Assembly: GCA_965221295.1 (NCBI GenBank)
Contig: OZ244879.1
Location: 1,041,603 to 1,105,602 of the forward strand
Origin: Dehalococcoidia bacterium
Lineage (GTDB): Bacteria > Chloroflexota > Dehalococcoidia > Lucifugimonadales > UBA3495
Direction of reading: 5' to 3'
DNA: 64,000 nucleotides
Below are positions 1 through 8,619 of the stretch, one piece after another (positions within the stretch are counted from its first letter, which is position 1; every line of letters begins with the position of its first letter). The notes beneath the pieces are model-generated. The model was not told the DNA's origin. It did no database searches and saw only the letters and a list, made by a program, of their open reading frames with translations. Made by a program: the position numbers and the translations under genes.

Positions 1-1053
1 GTACAGACGGATGGAATTCTGCACCCGTTCGGTGGGTACGGTTCCGCCCAGGTTTGGCTCCATGATAACGCCGGTCAACCCCAGTTGGTCGCGGATTTCG
101 ATGAGGCGTTGGGCGACTTGCTCTGGGGAACCGTAGGCGACTCGGTCGGCCAGCAGGTCATCGTAGGTGGTGTTGAGGAGCTGCTCGGCTCGCTCCCGGC
201 GTTCGGCCGAGGCGTTCTCGCCCTCTGCTTGCACCGTCCGTATGTAGGTATCAGCGGTGCGACGGAAGGCGCGCATGGTGCTTTCTTCGGTGTCGGCGCG
301 GACCTGGTCCATCGACTCTGCGACGTAGATGGGCATACGCACGTAGGCATCGTCTACGTCGTGGCCGTGTTCCCGGGCGGCGGCTCGGTAGCTTTCCAGG
401 TTGTCGGACACCTGATTGAGGCCCTGTCCGCGAACGCCGGTCACCAACGGGAAGCCCAATTGCCCGACGATGCCAAAAGTGTCGATGGAATTGGCGGCGA
501 TTCGGATGGGAGGATGGGGTTGCTGGTACGGGCGCGGCGTCACCACCACGTCGTCCATATTGTAGTAGTGGCCGTGATGGTCGAAACGGTAGTTGTTCCA
601 GGCCTTCAGAATGATCTCAAGGGCCTCGGTAAAGCGTTGCCGGCTCTCGTCGTAGGGCACGTCGTAGCCCTGGTAGGAGCGCGGGAAGCTGCTGCGTCCG
701 ATGCCGAAATCCAGCCGGCCTTGGGTAATGTTGTCCACCGTGGCGGCTTCTTCGGCGAGCCGGATCGGATGGGACAGCGGCAGCACGCTGACGCCGGTTC
801 CCACGCGGACCCGCTCAGTGCGGGCTCCAATGATCCCTGCCATCAGCAGGGGAACCGATGAGACCGAAGGAATGCCGGCGCCGCCGGGGTCGGTAGGAGT
901 CCGCGGCGCGGCGAAGTGGCGTTCGGCGAGCCAGACGCCATCGATGCCGGTTTCGTCAGCCAGCCTTGCCATGTCAAAGGCTTCGGCGAAGGCTTCATCC
1001 TGGGTGCGGCCCTCTCGGTAGTCGCATTCCATTACCAAACCGACGTGCTGCAT
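1..1053 (-). CDS. LLM-class (luciferase-like) flavin/F420-dependent oxidoreductase, C-terminus outside window
   Basis: Absent from ORF track because there is no stop in the window. Hand translation of minus strand from ATG 1053-1051 (AGGAGG at 1066-1061): MQHVGLVMECDYREGRTQDEAFAEAFDMARLADETGIDGVWLAERHF...TQGRLDFGIGRSSFPRSYQGYDV... Frame stays open to base 1. LLM-like N-terminus and GRLxxGxG segment. Confidence 0.8.
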   Translation of the reverse strand, partial: MQHVGLVMECDYREGRTQDEAFAEAFDMARLADETGIDGVWLAERHFAAPRTPTDPGGAGIPSVSSVPLLMAGIIGARTERVRVGTGVSVLPLSHPIRLAEEAATVDNITQGRLDFGIGRSSFPRSYQGYDVPYDESRQRFTEALEIILKAWNNYRFDHHGHYYNMDDVVVTPRPYQQPHPPIRIAANSIDTFGIVGQLGFPLVTGVRGQGLNQVSDNLESYRAAAREHGHDVDDAYVRMPIYVAESMDQVRADTEESTMRAFRRTADTYIRTVQAEGENASAERRERAEQLLNTTYDDLLADRVAYGSPEQVAQRLIEIRDQLGLTGVIMEPNLGGTVPTERVQNSIRLY

Positions 1054-1149
1054 ATTGGTCCCTCCTGGCGGTTCGTTGAAGCGGCGAATGGATGGTTGCT
1101 GGCGATGACTGGAGGTTGGTTTTGACTGGTCTCTAGCTATCGTTGGTCG

Positions 1150-1350
1150 TTAGCTATCGATGTAGGTATTGGGCGCCGTCAGAAACTTGGTGCGGCACTC
1201 CAAGCTACAGAAATAATACCACTCGCCGTTGTAGAAGCTGCGGGTTCCGGCGTTGGGGTCCACCTCGTTGGCGCCGTGCATGGTTTGGCCGGTGGTGGCC
1301 CTGGCGCTGTTTTCGTTGATTTCGATTTTGCAAACGGGATCAACGGGCAT
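1150..1350 (-). CDS. YHS/TRASH-domain small metal-binding protein
   Basis: 66 aa. DPVCKIEI...YNGEWYYFCSLECRTKF fits the YHS domain pattern. ATG preceded by GAGGAG. Confidence 0.75.
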   Translation of the reverse strand: MPVDPVCKIEINENSARATTGQTMHGANEVDPNAGTRSFYNGEWYYFCSLECRTKFLTAPNTYIDS

Positions 1351-1390
1351 GGTTGGTCTCCTCAGGTGATGGGATGGTAGCGAGTCGCGT

Positions 1391-2566
1391 TCAGCCGACT
1401 GGTTGCAGGTTCATACCCAGGCGCACTTGGCCGGGTTGGTCGAGCAAGGACCGAGCGACGCGGGCCCGGTGCTCGAAGCTGGTGCCCATGCGCATGGTCC
1501 AAGCGGTTACCCGGCGATACCAGAGGTGCAGGTCGAACTCCATCATGAAGCCGATTCCGCCGTGGATTTGCTGGGAGGAGCGCACGGTGGCCTGGCATTT
1601 GTCGTTGGTAAAGGCCTTGGCTTGAGATACTTCCACACCGAAGGGGAGGCCGGCATCGAGTTTCCATAAGGCTTCGTAGGTGAGCAGCTGGGCGCCGTCC
1701 ACCCAGACGATCATGTCGGTGCAGAGGTGCTGAATCGACTGGAATCCGGCGAGAGGACGGCCAAAGGCGACTCGATTCTTGGCGTAGTCGATGGCCATCT
1801 CAGCGTCCTTGCGAGCCGCGCCGATAATCTGCGCGCAGAGCAAGGCCGTTCCCACGTCGAGCAGGTCGGAGGTTGCAGGCCAGCCGTGGTTGATCTCGCC
1901 GATGACGTTGGCGAGAGGCACGCGAACGCCATCCAACGAGAGTTTGCTTTGGGAATCTTTGGCCAGGGTGGTCAGCCTGGATTCGGAAATGCCGGCGCTG
2001 TTGGTGGGCACGATGGCGAGGGTGACGCCGGCGTGATGGTCGCTGGGGGGAGCGGTGCGCACCGCCATGACCATGAGTTCGGCGGCGGAGAAATTGTCAA
2101 CAAAATTTTTTACGCCATTGATGACGAGGCTATCGCCGTCCACCTGGGCCTGGCACTGAATGGCGTCGGGACGAAGGCGAGGGTCCTGCTCCTGGACGGC
2201 CCAGGTCATGATGAGATCGCCGCGGGCTACTCGGGGCAAAATGGATTGCTGTTGGTCTGCGGAGCCGTGGCGGGCCACTGCAAGCGCGGCGGTGGCGGAG
2301 CTGTGGAACGGCACTGGGGCGATGGCGCGCCCGCACTCTTCAAGAATGAGACCGAGGTAGGTAACGGGTAGGCCGCCACCGCCGTAGGACTCGGGGAGGG
2401 AAATTCCGAACCATCCGAGGGCTGCCATTTGGTTCCAGAGGTCGACCGAGTAGCCGAGTTCGTCCTGCTCGATGGCCCTGGCCAAGCTGGGTGGGGATTC
2501 GACGTCGAGGAATTCCCGGGCCGCGTTTTTGACCATCAATTCTTCTTCGCTGGGTAGTACGTTCAT
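1391..2566 (-). CDS. acyl-CoA dehydrogenase family protein
   Basis: 391 aa. ACAD-like throughout (WFGISLPESYGGGGL, AFGRPLAGFQSIQH, QQIHGGIGFMMEFDLHLWYRR). ATG with GAGG upstream. Confidence 0.85.
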   Translation of the reverse strand: MNVLPSEEELMVKNAAREFLDVESPPSLARAIEQDELGYSVDLWNQMAALGWFGISLPESYGGGGLPVTYLGLILEECGRAIAPVPFHSSATAALAVARHGSADQQQSILPRVARGDLIMTWAVQEQDPRLRPDAIQCQAQVDGDSLVINGVKNFVDNFSAAELMVMAVRTAPPSDHHAGVTLAIVPTNSAGISESRLTTLAKDSQSKLSLDGVRVPLANVIGEINHGWPATSDLLDVGTALLCAQIIGAARKDAEMAIDYAKNRVAFGRPLAGFQSIQHLCTDMIVWVDGAQLLTYEALWKLDAGLPFGVEVSQAKAFTNDKCQATVRSSQQIHGGIGFMMEFDLHLWYRRVTAWTMRMGTSFEHRARVARSLLDQPGQVRLGMNLQPVG

Positions 2567-2617
2567 CGTGCCTCAGTGTTTGGTTCGGACGGATGGGCGC
2601 CGGGCGTTGGGTAGCGC

Positions 2618-3820
2618 TTACACCCGGGGCATGCCCAGGCCGCGGCGGGCCACTTGGTCGCGCATCACCTGGACGCTGCCGTGGTTGATGCCGCTTTGGA
2701 AGGCGCCCATGAGGTTGTGGGCGAACACGCCGCTTTCCACCGCGTCTTCGGAGCCATTCAACAGTTGTCCGTAGGGTCCGAGGATCTGGGCGATGGTTTC
2801 GGTGGTGCGGACGCCGTGTTCAGGGGCGAAGACCTTCTCCGCGGAGCCTTCGTAGGTGAAGACGCCGTCGTTTTCGACGATGGACATGCTTCGCATGGTC
2901 ATCAAGCGGCACACTTGGCCTTCGATCCACATGTCGGCCAGGCGGTCGCGGACGGTGGGGTCGTCGCGCATGGCGTAACCCTCAACGTCGTTGTCCTTCA
3001 CCCAGTTCACGATGTCTTCGTCGCGCTGGATGGAGATTAGGTAGCGGGAGGCGCCGACGCGGTCGAGGTTGAGACCCATGGCGCCGACGTACCAGCCCTG
3101 GTTTTCCTCACCCAACATGCAGGAGGCGGGGACGCGGACGTTTTCGAAGAAGGTTTCGTTGGTTCGAGCGTCGCCGTAGGTGGTGCCCAGGGGCGCCGGC
3201 GGGTTGTTTTGGATGGTCCACAGGGGGCGGACGGTGATGCCGGGCGTGTCCATGGGGATGAGGAAGATGCTGATGCCGCGGTGCCTGGGAGCGTCTGGAT
3301 CGGTGCGGGCCATCAGGTAGATGTGGGTGGCGTAATGGGCGGCGGTGGTGTACATCTTCTGGCCGTTGATGACGTACTCGTCGCCGTCGCGGACAGCGCG
3401 GCACTGGAGTCCGGCGAGGTCGGCGCCGGCCTGGGGTTCGGTGAATCCCAAGGCGAAGGAGATTTCGCCACGGATGATGCCGGGCAGGAACTCGCGTTTT
3501 TGTTCCTCGGTGCCGGCGGCCAGGATGGCGGGGGCTCCGGAACCGGCGCCGCCGACGGTGATGCCGGCGCGGGCGAATTCCTCTTCGACGATGTACTGGT
3601 CGATGCGGCTTCCGTCCTGTCCGCCGTATTCACTGGGCCAGGAAATGCCGATCCAGCCGCGTTCGGCGATTTCCTTGTACAGCTCGCGAGTCTTGGGGCC
3701 GCGGCGGCGGACGCCAGTGTCCTCCAGTTCCGCTACGATCTCCGGGGTCACGTTGTTTGCGATGAATTGCTGGACCTCGGCGCGGAGGGCTTCCTGTTCC
3801 GGGGTGAATGCGAATTCCAT
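2618..3820 (-). CDS. acyl-CoA dehydrogenase family protein
   Basis: 400 aa. GWIGISWPSEYGGQDGS and TEPQAGADLAGLQCRAVRDGDEYVINGQKMYTT are typical ACAD N-terminal and middle domains. AAGGTGG site before the ATG. Confidence 0.85.
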   Translation of the reverse strand: MEFAFTPEQEALRAEVQQFIANNVTPEIVAELEDTGVRRRGPKTRELYKEIAERGWIGISWPSEYGGQDGSRIDQYIVEEEFARAGITVGGAGSGAPAILAAGTEEQKREFLPGIIRGEISFALGFTEPQAGADLAGLQCRAVRDGDEYVINGQKMYTTAAHYATHIYLMARTDPDAPRHRGISIFLIPMDTPGITVRPLWTIQNNPPAPLGTTYGDARTNETFFENVRVPASCMLGEENQGWYVGAMGLNLDRVGASRYLISIQRDEDIVNWVKDNDVEGYAMRDDPTVRDRLADMWIEGQVCRLMTMRSMSIVENDGVFTYEGSAEKVFAPEHGVRTTETIAQILGPYGQLLNGSEDAVESGVFAHNLMGAFQSGINHGSVQVMRDQVARRGLGMPRV

Positions 3821-3870
3821 AACCAGGCCACCTTACCAACAGGGTTGCAATCTGATGCGTTTGGTCAGCA

Positions 3871-3899
3871 ATTATAGCGGCTTGCTCCCACGCTGTCAT
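3871..3899 (-). promoter_or_regulatory. putative sigma70-type promoter for the acyl-CoA dehydrogenase pair
   Basis: Minus strand reads ATGACA-(17 nt)-TATAAT (plus-strand tgtcat 3894-3899, attata 3871-3876), about 50 nt upstream of the ATG at 3820. The -35 hexamer is the AATGACAG core of a solitary inverted repeat fragment. Confidence 0.55.
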
Positions 3900-4499
3900 T
3901 TCGCGGCTGGCATCGCTGGAGAGGGCGGGGTGGCTGAGGGTGGTGGCGGGCGGCCGTTGGTTGTGGTCGTCGAGATTGCCACGGCCTTCGGCCTCGCAAT
4001 GACAGTTGGGGAGTGGGCCTCGCGATGACAGGTGAAGAGTGGGCCTCGCGATGACAGGTGAAGAGTGGGCCTCGCAATGGCGGTTGGGGAGGGGCTGCGC
4101 AGTGACAGGAGAGGGCGGGGTGGCTGAGGGTGGTGGCCGGCGGCCGTTGGTTGTGGTCGTCGAGATTGCCGCGGCCTTCGGCCTCGCAATGACAGGTGGG
4201 GGGACGGGCGGCCGTTGGTGGTGGCGGGCGGCCGTTGGTTGTGGTCGCCGAGATTGCCACGGCCTTCGGCCTCGCAATGACAGGTGGGGGGCGCCTCGCG
4301 ATGACAGGTGGGGAGTGGGCCTCGCGATGGCGGTTGGGGAGTGGGCTTCGCAATGACAGGTGGGGGGCGCCTCGCGATGACAGGTGGGGAGTGGGCCTCG
4401 CGATGGCGGTTGGGGAGTGGGCTTCGCAATGACAGGTGGGGAGTGGGCTTCGCAGTGACAGGTGGGGGTGGGCGGTGGGTTCGGGTGGCGGTTGGTTGG
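3890..4499 (+). repeat. intergenic hairpin-repeat array 1 (three type-A hairpins plus ~26-nt G-rich submodules)
   Basis: GAGATTGCCRCGGCCTTCGGCCTCGCAATGACAG starts at 3972, 4162 and 4250. GAGTGGGCCTCGCGATGACAGGTGAA-type 26-nt units lie in tandem (starts 4011, 4037, 4063; again 4290-4460). The array fills the gap between the amidase stop (4500) and the ACAD promoter. Confidence 0.95.
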
Positions 4500-5933
4500 T
4501 TAGAGGGGTGGGGGCAGGCGTTGGCGCCATGGGGTGGCTTGCTCGTAGGCGTAGGCGGCGCGCAGGACGTTGGCTTCGCCGAGGTGCGACCCGGCGATTT
4601 GCAGGGCCAGCGGCAAACCGCCCTCGCCTTCGTCGGTAAAACCGCACGGGACGCTGAGCGCCGGACAACCGCTGAGGCTGTACAGTCCGCGGAAGCTGCC
4701 CTCCCGCAGCGCGGCGGCGGCCATCTCCTTGCTGTCGATCACGGTGGGCTCGTCGGCGAGGAGACCGGCCGGGCTGGTTGAGGTGGGTTGCAGCAGCAGG
4801 TCCACCCCGCGGAACGCCTCAATGACCTGGCGGCGGACCAGGGCGCGCAACTTCAACGCCTTGTAATAGACCTGCCCTGGAATCAGGTTGCCCACCGCGA
4901 ACGCGACCCTGGTATTAGGGTGATAGTCTTCGAAGCGTTCCCGCAGCCACTCGGGGTTGAGGCTCACCCGCTCGGTACTGGTGATGGCGCGGACGATGGC
5001 GCCGGTGGAAGGCGCCATGGGCAGGCTGACAGGCGTTATTTCGGCGCCCAACTCGCGGAACACTTCGATGGCGGCCCGCGTGGCATCGCGGCTGCGGTCG
5101 TCCAAGCGGAGGCCGTGTCCTCCCATCAGTTCTTGCACCACGCCGATACGCATTCCGGCGACGCCGGCGTCGATGCCGTCCAGGTAATCTGGCACGGGCT
5201 CGCGGCGGCTGTAACGGTCTTTGGGATCATGGCCGGCGATGACGCCCAAAGTGAGGGCGCAGTCGGCGACGGTGCGGGAGATGGGGCCGATGGTGTCGGT
5301 GGACCAGCTGGCGCCGTCCACGCCGGCTCGGCTCACCCGGCCCCAGGTGGGTCGGATCCCCACCAGCCCGGAATTGGCGGCGGGTCCGCGAATCGAACCG
5401 CCGGTATCCTCGCCCAGGGAGGTGGCGCAGAGGAACCCGGCGGTGGCTGACCCGCTACCCGTGCTGGAGGTTCCGGGGTTGCGGGCAGTGTCCCACGGAT
5501 TTCGCGCCGGGCCGAACCAACTGCTGACGGGATCGCCCAGGGCGAATTCGCTCATGTTGGTCTTGCCGATGATGACTGCGCCGGCGTGTTTCAGTTTGGC
5601 AACCACGGTTGCATCCTGATGGGGCACGAAGTCGGCGCGAATCTTGGAGGCGTCGGTGGTGCGGACGCCGGCGGTGTGGATCTGGTCCTTGACGCCAACT
5701 GGAACGCCGTGCAAGGGGCCGCGGAAATTGCCGGCGAGGGCCTCGGCCTCCAATTGTTTCGCGTCGGCGCGGGCTTGGTCAGCGCAGACGGTGATGTAGG
5801 CGTTGAGCTTGTGGCCCACCGCGTCGATGCGTTGCAGGTAGGCGTCCACCGCTTCGACCGGGGATACTTGGCGTGAACGGATAGCGGCGGCCAGCTCTGA
5901 GGCGGACAGGAAGGGGATGTCTGCGGGAATCAT
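4500..5933 (-). CDS. amidase-signature family hydrolase (GatA/AtzE-like)
   Basis: 477 aa. PVGVKDQIHTAG, then the Gly/Ser-rich signature GTSSTGSGSATAGF...GEDTGGSIRGPAANSGLVGIRPTWGRVS. Its ATG overlaps the stop of the upstream small ORF (ATGA at 5930-5933). Confidence 0.85.
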   Translation of the reverse strand: MIPADIPFLSASELAAAIRSRQVSPVEAVDAYLQRIDAVGHKLNAYITVCADQARADAKQLEAEALAGNFRGPLHGVPVGVKDQIHTAGVRTTDASKIRADFVPHQDATVVAKLKHAGAVIIGKTNMSEFALGDPVSSWFGPARNPWDTARNPGTSSTGSGSATAGFLCATSLGEDTGGSIRGPAANSGLVGIRPTWGRVSRAGVDGASWSTDTIGPISRTVADCALTLGVIAGHDPKDRYSRREPVPDYLDGIDAGVAGMRIGVVQELMGGHGLRLDDRSRDATRAAIEVFRELGAEITPVSLPMAPSTGAIVRAITSTERVSLNPEWLRERFEDYHPNTRVAFAVGNLIPGQVYYKALKLRALVRRQVIEAFRGVDLLLQPTSTSPAGLLADEPTVIDSKEMAAAALREGSFRGLYSLSGCPALSVPCGFTDEGEGGLPLALQIAGSHLGEANVLRAAYAYEQATPWRQRLPPPL

Positions 5934-6127
5934 TCTGCCACCTCCAGGTCGGCTGGCTGTACCACGGCGACGTATTCTTCCAAACTGAAGCCCGGTGGAT
6001 CGATGGCCGCGATCTCTTCCAGCATGGCGTTGAGGCTGTGGGCTACCTGGGTCAATTCCGGTTCTGAAAGCGTCAATCCCACCGCTTTGGCCAGGGCCTG
6101 GATTTCGTCGTTGTTCAAATCTGCCAT
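5930..6127 (-). CDS. small GatC/AtzG-like putative amidase partner (hypothetical)
   Basis: 66 aa from ATG 6127 (GAGGT about 8 nt upstream; the ORF track extends to 6190): MADLNNDEIQALAKAVGLTLSEPELTQVAHSLNAMLEEIAAI... Its size and 4-nt overlap with the amidase resemble GatC/AtzG-type partners. Confidence 0.6.
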   Translation of the reverse strand: MADLNNDEIQALAKAVGLTLSEPELTQVAHSLNAMLEEIAAIDPPGFSLEEYVAVVQPADLEVAE

Positions 6128-6249
6128 GGGTTTACCTCGATGTTGCAGTTGATGCTTGGGCATTGTCTCGCGAGCGGTCGTTTTCCGCAATGCGCGGTTG
6201 CGAAGTGGAGTAGGCGATTAGGCGGGCGGCGGTTCAGTGGCGGCTCCGG

Positions 6250-7278
6250 GAGGACGTTCGCCCAGGCGTGGAGATTGCCACGGCCTTCGGCCTCGCAATG
6301 ACAGGTGGGGGTATGGATGGCCTCGCGATGGCGGTTGGGGAGGTGGCGCGTGGCCGTTGGTTGTGGTCGTCGAGATTGCCACGGCCTACGGCCTCGCAAT
6401 GACAGTTGGGGGTATGGCCTCGCGATGGCGGTTGGGGCAGGGGGCGCGTGGCCGTTGGTTGTGGTCGTCGAGATTGCCACGGCCTACGGCCTCGCAATGA
6501 CAGGTGGGGGTACGGCCTCGCAATAGCGGTTGGGGCAGGGGGCGCGTGGCCGTTGGTTGTGGTCGTCGAGATTGCCACGGCCTTCGGCCTCGCAATGACA
6601 GTTGGGGGTATGGCCTTGCAATAGCGGTTGGGGAGGTGGCGCGTGGCCGTTGGTTGTGGTCGTCGAGATTGCCACGGCCTTCGGCCTCGCAATGACAGTT
6701 GGGGGTATGGCCTCGCGATGGCGGTTGGGGAGATGGCGCGTGGCCGTTGGTTGTGGTCGTCGAGATTGCCACGGCCTTCGGCCTCGCAATGACAGTTGGG
6801 GGTATGGCCTTGCAATAGCGGTTGGGGAGGTGGCGCGTGGCCGTTGGTTGTGGTCGTCGAGATTGCCACGGCCTTCGGCCTCGCAATGACAGGTGGGGGT
6901 ATGGCCTCGCGATGGCGGTTGGGGAGGTGGCGCGTGGCCGTTGGTTGCGGTCGTCGAGATTGCCACGGCCTTCGGCCTCGCAATGACAGGTGGGGGTATG
7001 GCCTTGCGATGACAGTTGGGGAGATCGCCTCGCGATGGCGGTTGGGGAGGTGGCGCGTGGCCGTTGGTTGCGGTCGTCGAGATTGCCACGGCCTTCGGCC
7101 TCGCAATGACAGGTGGGGGTATGGCCTCGCGATGGCGGTTGGGGAGGTGGCGCGTGGCCGTTGGTTGTGGTCGTCGAGATTGCCACGGCCTTCGGCCTCG
7201 CAATGACAGGTGGGGGTATGGCCTCGCGATGGCGGTTGGGGCAGGGGGCGCCGCGATGATGGTTGGGTGGCGGGCGCA
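6250..7278 (+). repeat. intergenic hairpin-repeat array 2: ten tandem copies of a ~97-98 bp unit
   Basis: Type-A hairpin starts at 6271, 6372, 6470, 6568, 6665, 6762, 6859, 6956, 7079 and 7176 (spacing 97-101 bp, one of 123 bp). Unit = TGTGGTCGTCGAGATTGCCACGGCCTNCGGCCTCGCAATGACAGKTGGGGGTATGGCCTCGCGATGGCGGTTGGGGNGGNGGCGCGTGGCCGTTGGT. The array ends 1-2 nt before the pmbA stop. Confidence 0.95.
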
Positions 7279-7279
7279 T

Positions 7280-8614
7280 CTAAATGGTTTGGCCGGTGAA
7301 GCGCCAGTTGGTCAGCTTAGCCGCCGGGGCGTGAATGGCTACGCCGGCCTCGTTTAGGTTGAGCTGAGGGGAGTTGGACAAGGCTTCGCAGCCGGCCAGC
7401 GCCTCCACGTAACTCTGGGTGAAACGCAGGTTCTTCACGGGAGTGGTCAGTTCGCCGTTTTCGATCAGGAACGTTCCGTCGCGGGTCATGCCGGTCATGA
7501 CGCAACCGCGATTGTGCGCCAAACGGGTGTAGTAGAACCGAGTAATGTAGATGCCGCGGCGCACCGAGGCGATCAGTTGCTCGGTGGTCAAGTCGCCAGG
7601 GCTCAGGAACAGGTTGGTTGCGGTGGGCCCGCCGGTGGCGCCGCGCTGGTGTCCGGTGGAAACCGCGCCGACTTTGGCGGCGGTATAGCTGTTGTGGACC
7701 GGCCCCAGCGCCACGCCGTCTTTGACGATATCCACTCTACTTCTGGGGACGCCCTCGGCGTCGAAGGGCGCCGGCCAGCCGCCGGGGTCCAGGCCGTCGT
7801 CGCGGATGTTCACGGATGGATTCATGGCGGCCTGCCCTTGAACGTCGCGCATCCAACTGCGGCCGTCCTGAACCATGTGGGCGCCCATGCCGTAGAAACT
7901 GAGGGCCTCCAGAAGGTCATGCACGGCGTAGCGCTCCAGCACCACGGGATATTCGCCTAGGTCAAAAGGTTGAGGATTTTGTCCGCGGGCAGCCTTGTCG
8001 ATGGCCTCGTCGGCCAGGGCTTCGGGGTCGATGGCGTCCATGCGCCACCCGCCGCCTTTGGACCAGCCCGCCGAATCTTGGGCGCGGGCGGTGATGAGCA
8101 GGCCGGCGAGGGAGCCGACGTGATAGGCGTCGGCTCCCCGGGTGCTGACCACGGCAACTTCGATGGCGCCGGTGCGATAGAATCCGGCCGCGTCCATGGA
8201 GCGGACGGCGGCTTTACCGCACACCATGCCGACCACGGCGGCCCGCCGGTGGGCGTCGCAGGAAGCCGTCGCGGAGTCGTACGCCGCCACGGACGGAGCC
8301 GGCGATGGTTCGACCAGGCCCGGGAAATCGGGGTCTTCCGGCATCAGCCTGGCGAATTCGGCGGCCTGTTGCATCGCATCGGCCAGACCCTCGGAGGACA
8401 GGTTGTTGGTGACGGCCCGTCCCTGCCGCAGGCCAGTGGCCACCCTGATGTGGGCCACGGCGTCCTGATGGGCCACGTTCTGGTGGATGCGATTGTTGGC
8501 GAAACGTGTCAGCGCCTGATCCGTAACCGACAGATAGATGTCGGCGTCGGAGCCCGGCGGGCAATGGCGGAGGGCTTCAAGCAGCCGCGGGCGGATTTGC
8601 TCCTGGCCCAGCAT
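7280..8614 (-). CDS. pmbA: TldD/PmbA-family metallopeptidase, PmbA-like subunit
   Basis: ORF track gives 7280..8737. I prefer ATG 8614 (MLGQEQIRPRLLEAL...), 6 nt after the tldD stop, because the longer form overlaps tldD. TldD/PmbA-like C-terminal segments (GMTRDGTFLIENGEL, KNLRFTQS). Confidence 0.8.
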   Translation of the reverse strand: MLGQEQIRPRLLEALRHCPPGSDADIYLSVTDQALTRFANNRIHQNVAHQDAVAHIRVATGLRQGRAVTNNLSSEGLADAMQQAAEFARLMPEDPDFPGLVEPSPAPSVAAYDSATASCDAHRRAAVVGMVCGKAAVRSMDAAGFYRTGAIEVAVVSTRGADAYHVGSLAGLLITARAQDSAGWSKGGGWRMDAIDPEALADEAIDKAARGQNPQPFDLGEYPVVLERYAVHDLLEALSFYGMGAHMVQDGRSWMRDVQGQAAMNPSVNIRDDGLDPGGWPAPFDAEGVPRSRVDIVKDGVALGPVHNSYTAAKVGAVSTGHQRGATGGPTATNLFLSPGDLTTEQLIASVRRGIYITRFYYTRLAHNRGCVMTGMTRDGTFLIENGELTTPVKNLRFTQSYVEALAGCEALSNSPQLNLNEAGVAIHAPAAKLTNWRFTGQTI

Positions 8615-8619
8615 GGCGT

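Noticed and set aside
85-861. 258-aa plus-strand ORF at the left edge, and the similar antisense ORFs 11876..13078, 33627..34610, 37975..39090 and 54983..56128
   Set aside because: Each is antisense to a gene with strong family similarity (LLM, LLM, ilvD, Rieske dioxygenase, gyrA). The products are low-complexity with no motifs.
6250-7278. CRISPR array (regular ~98-bp spacing of a 34-nt palindromic repeat)
   Set aside because: The sequences between the cores are themselves conserved from unit to unit, so there are no unique spacers. No cas genes or leader are present. The same modules occur in seven other arrays with different periods.
6234-7279. Long ORFs inside array 2 (290, 297 and 239 aa on minus; 95-136 aa on plus), and similar ORFs in arrays 1, 5, 6, 7 and 8
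   Set aside because: They overlap in several frames on both strands and have Pro/Arg/Gly/Cys-rich low-complexity products that simply mirror the repeat. No start context. Typical artefacts of stop-poor high-GC repeats.
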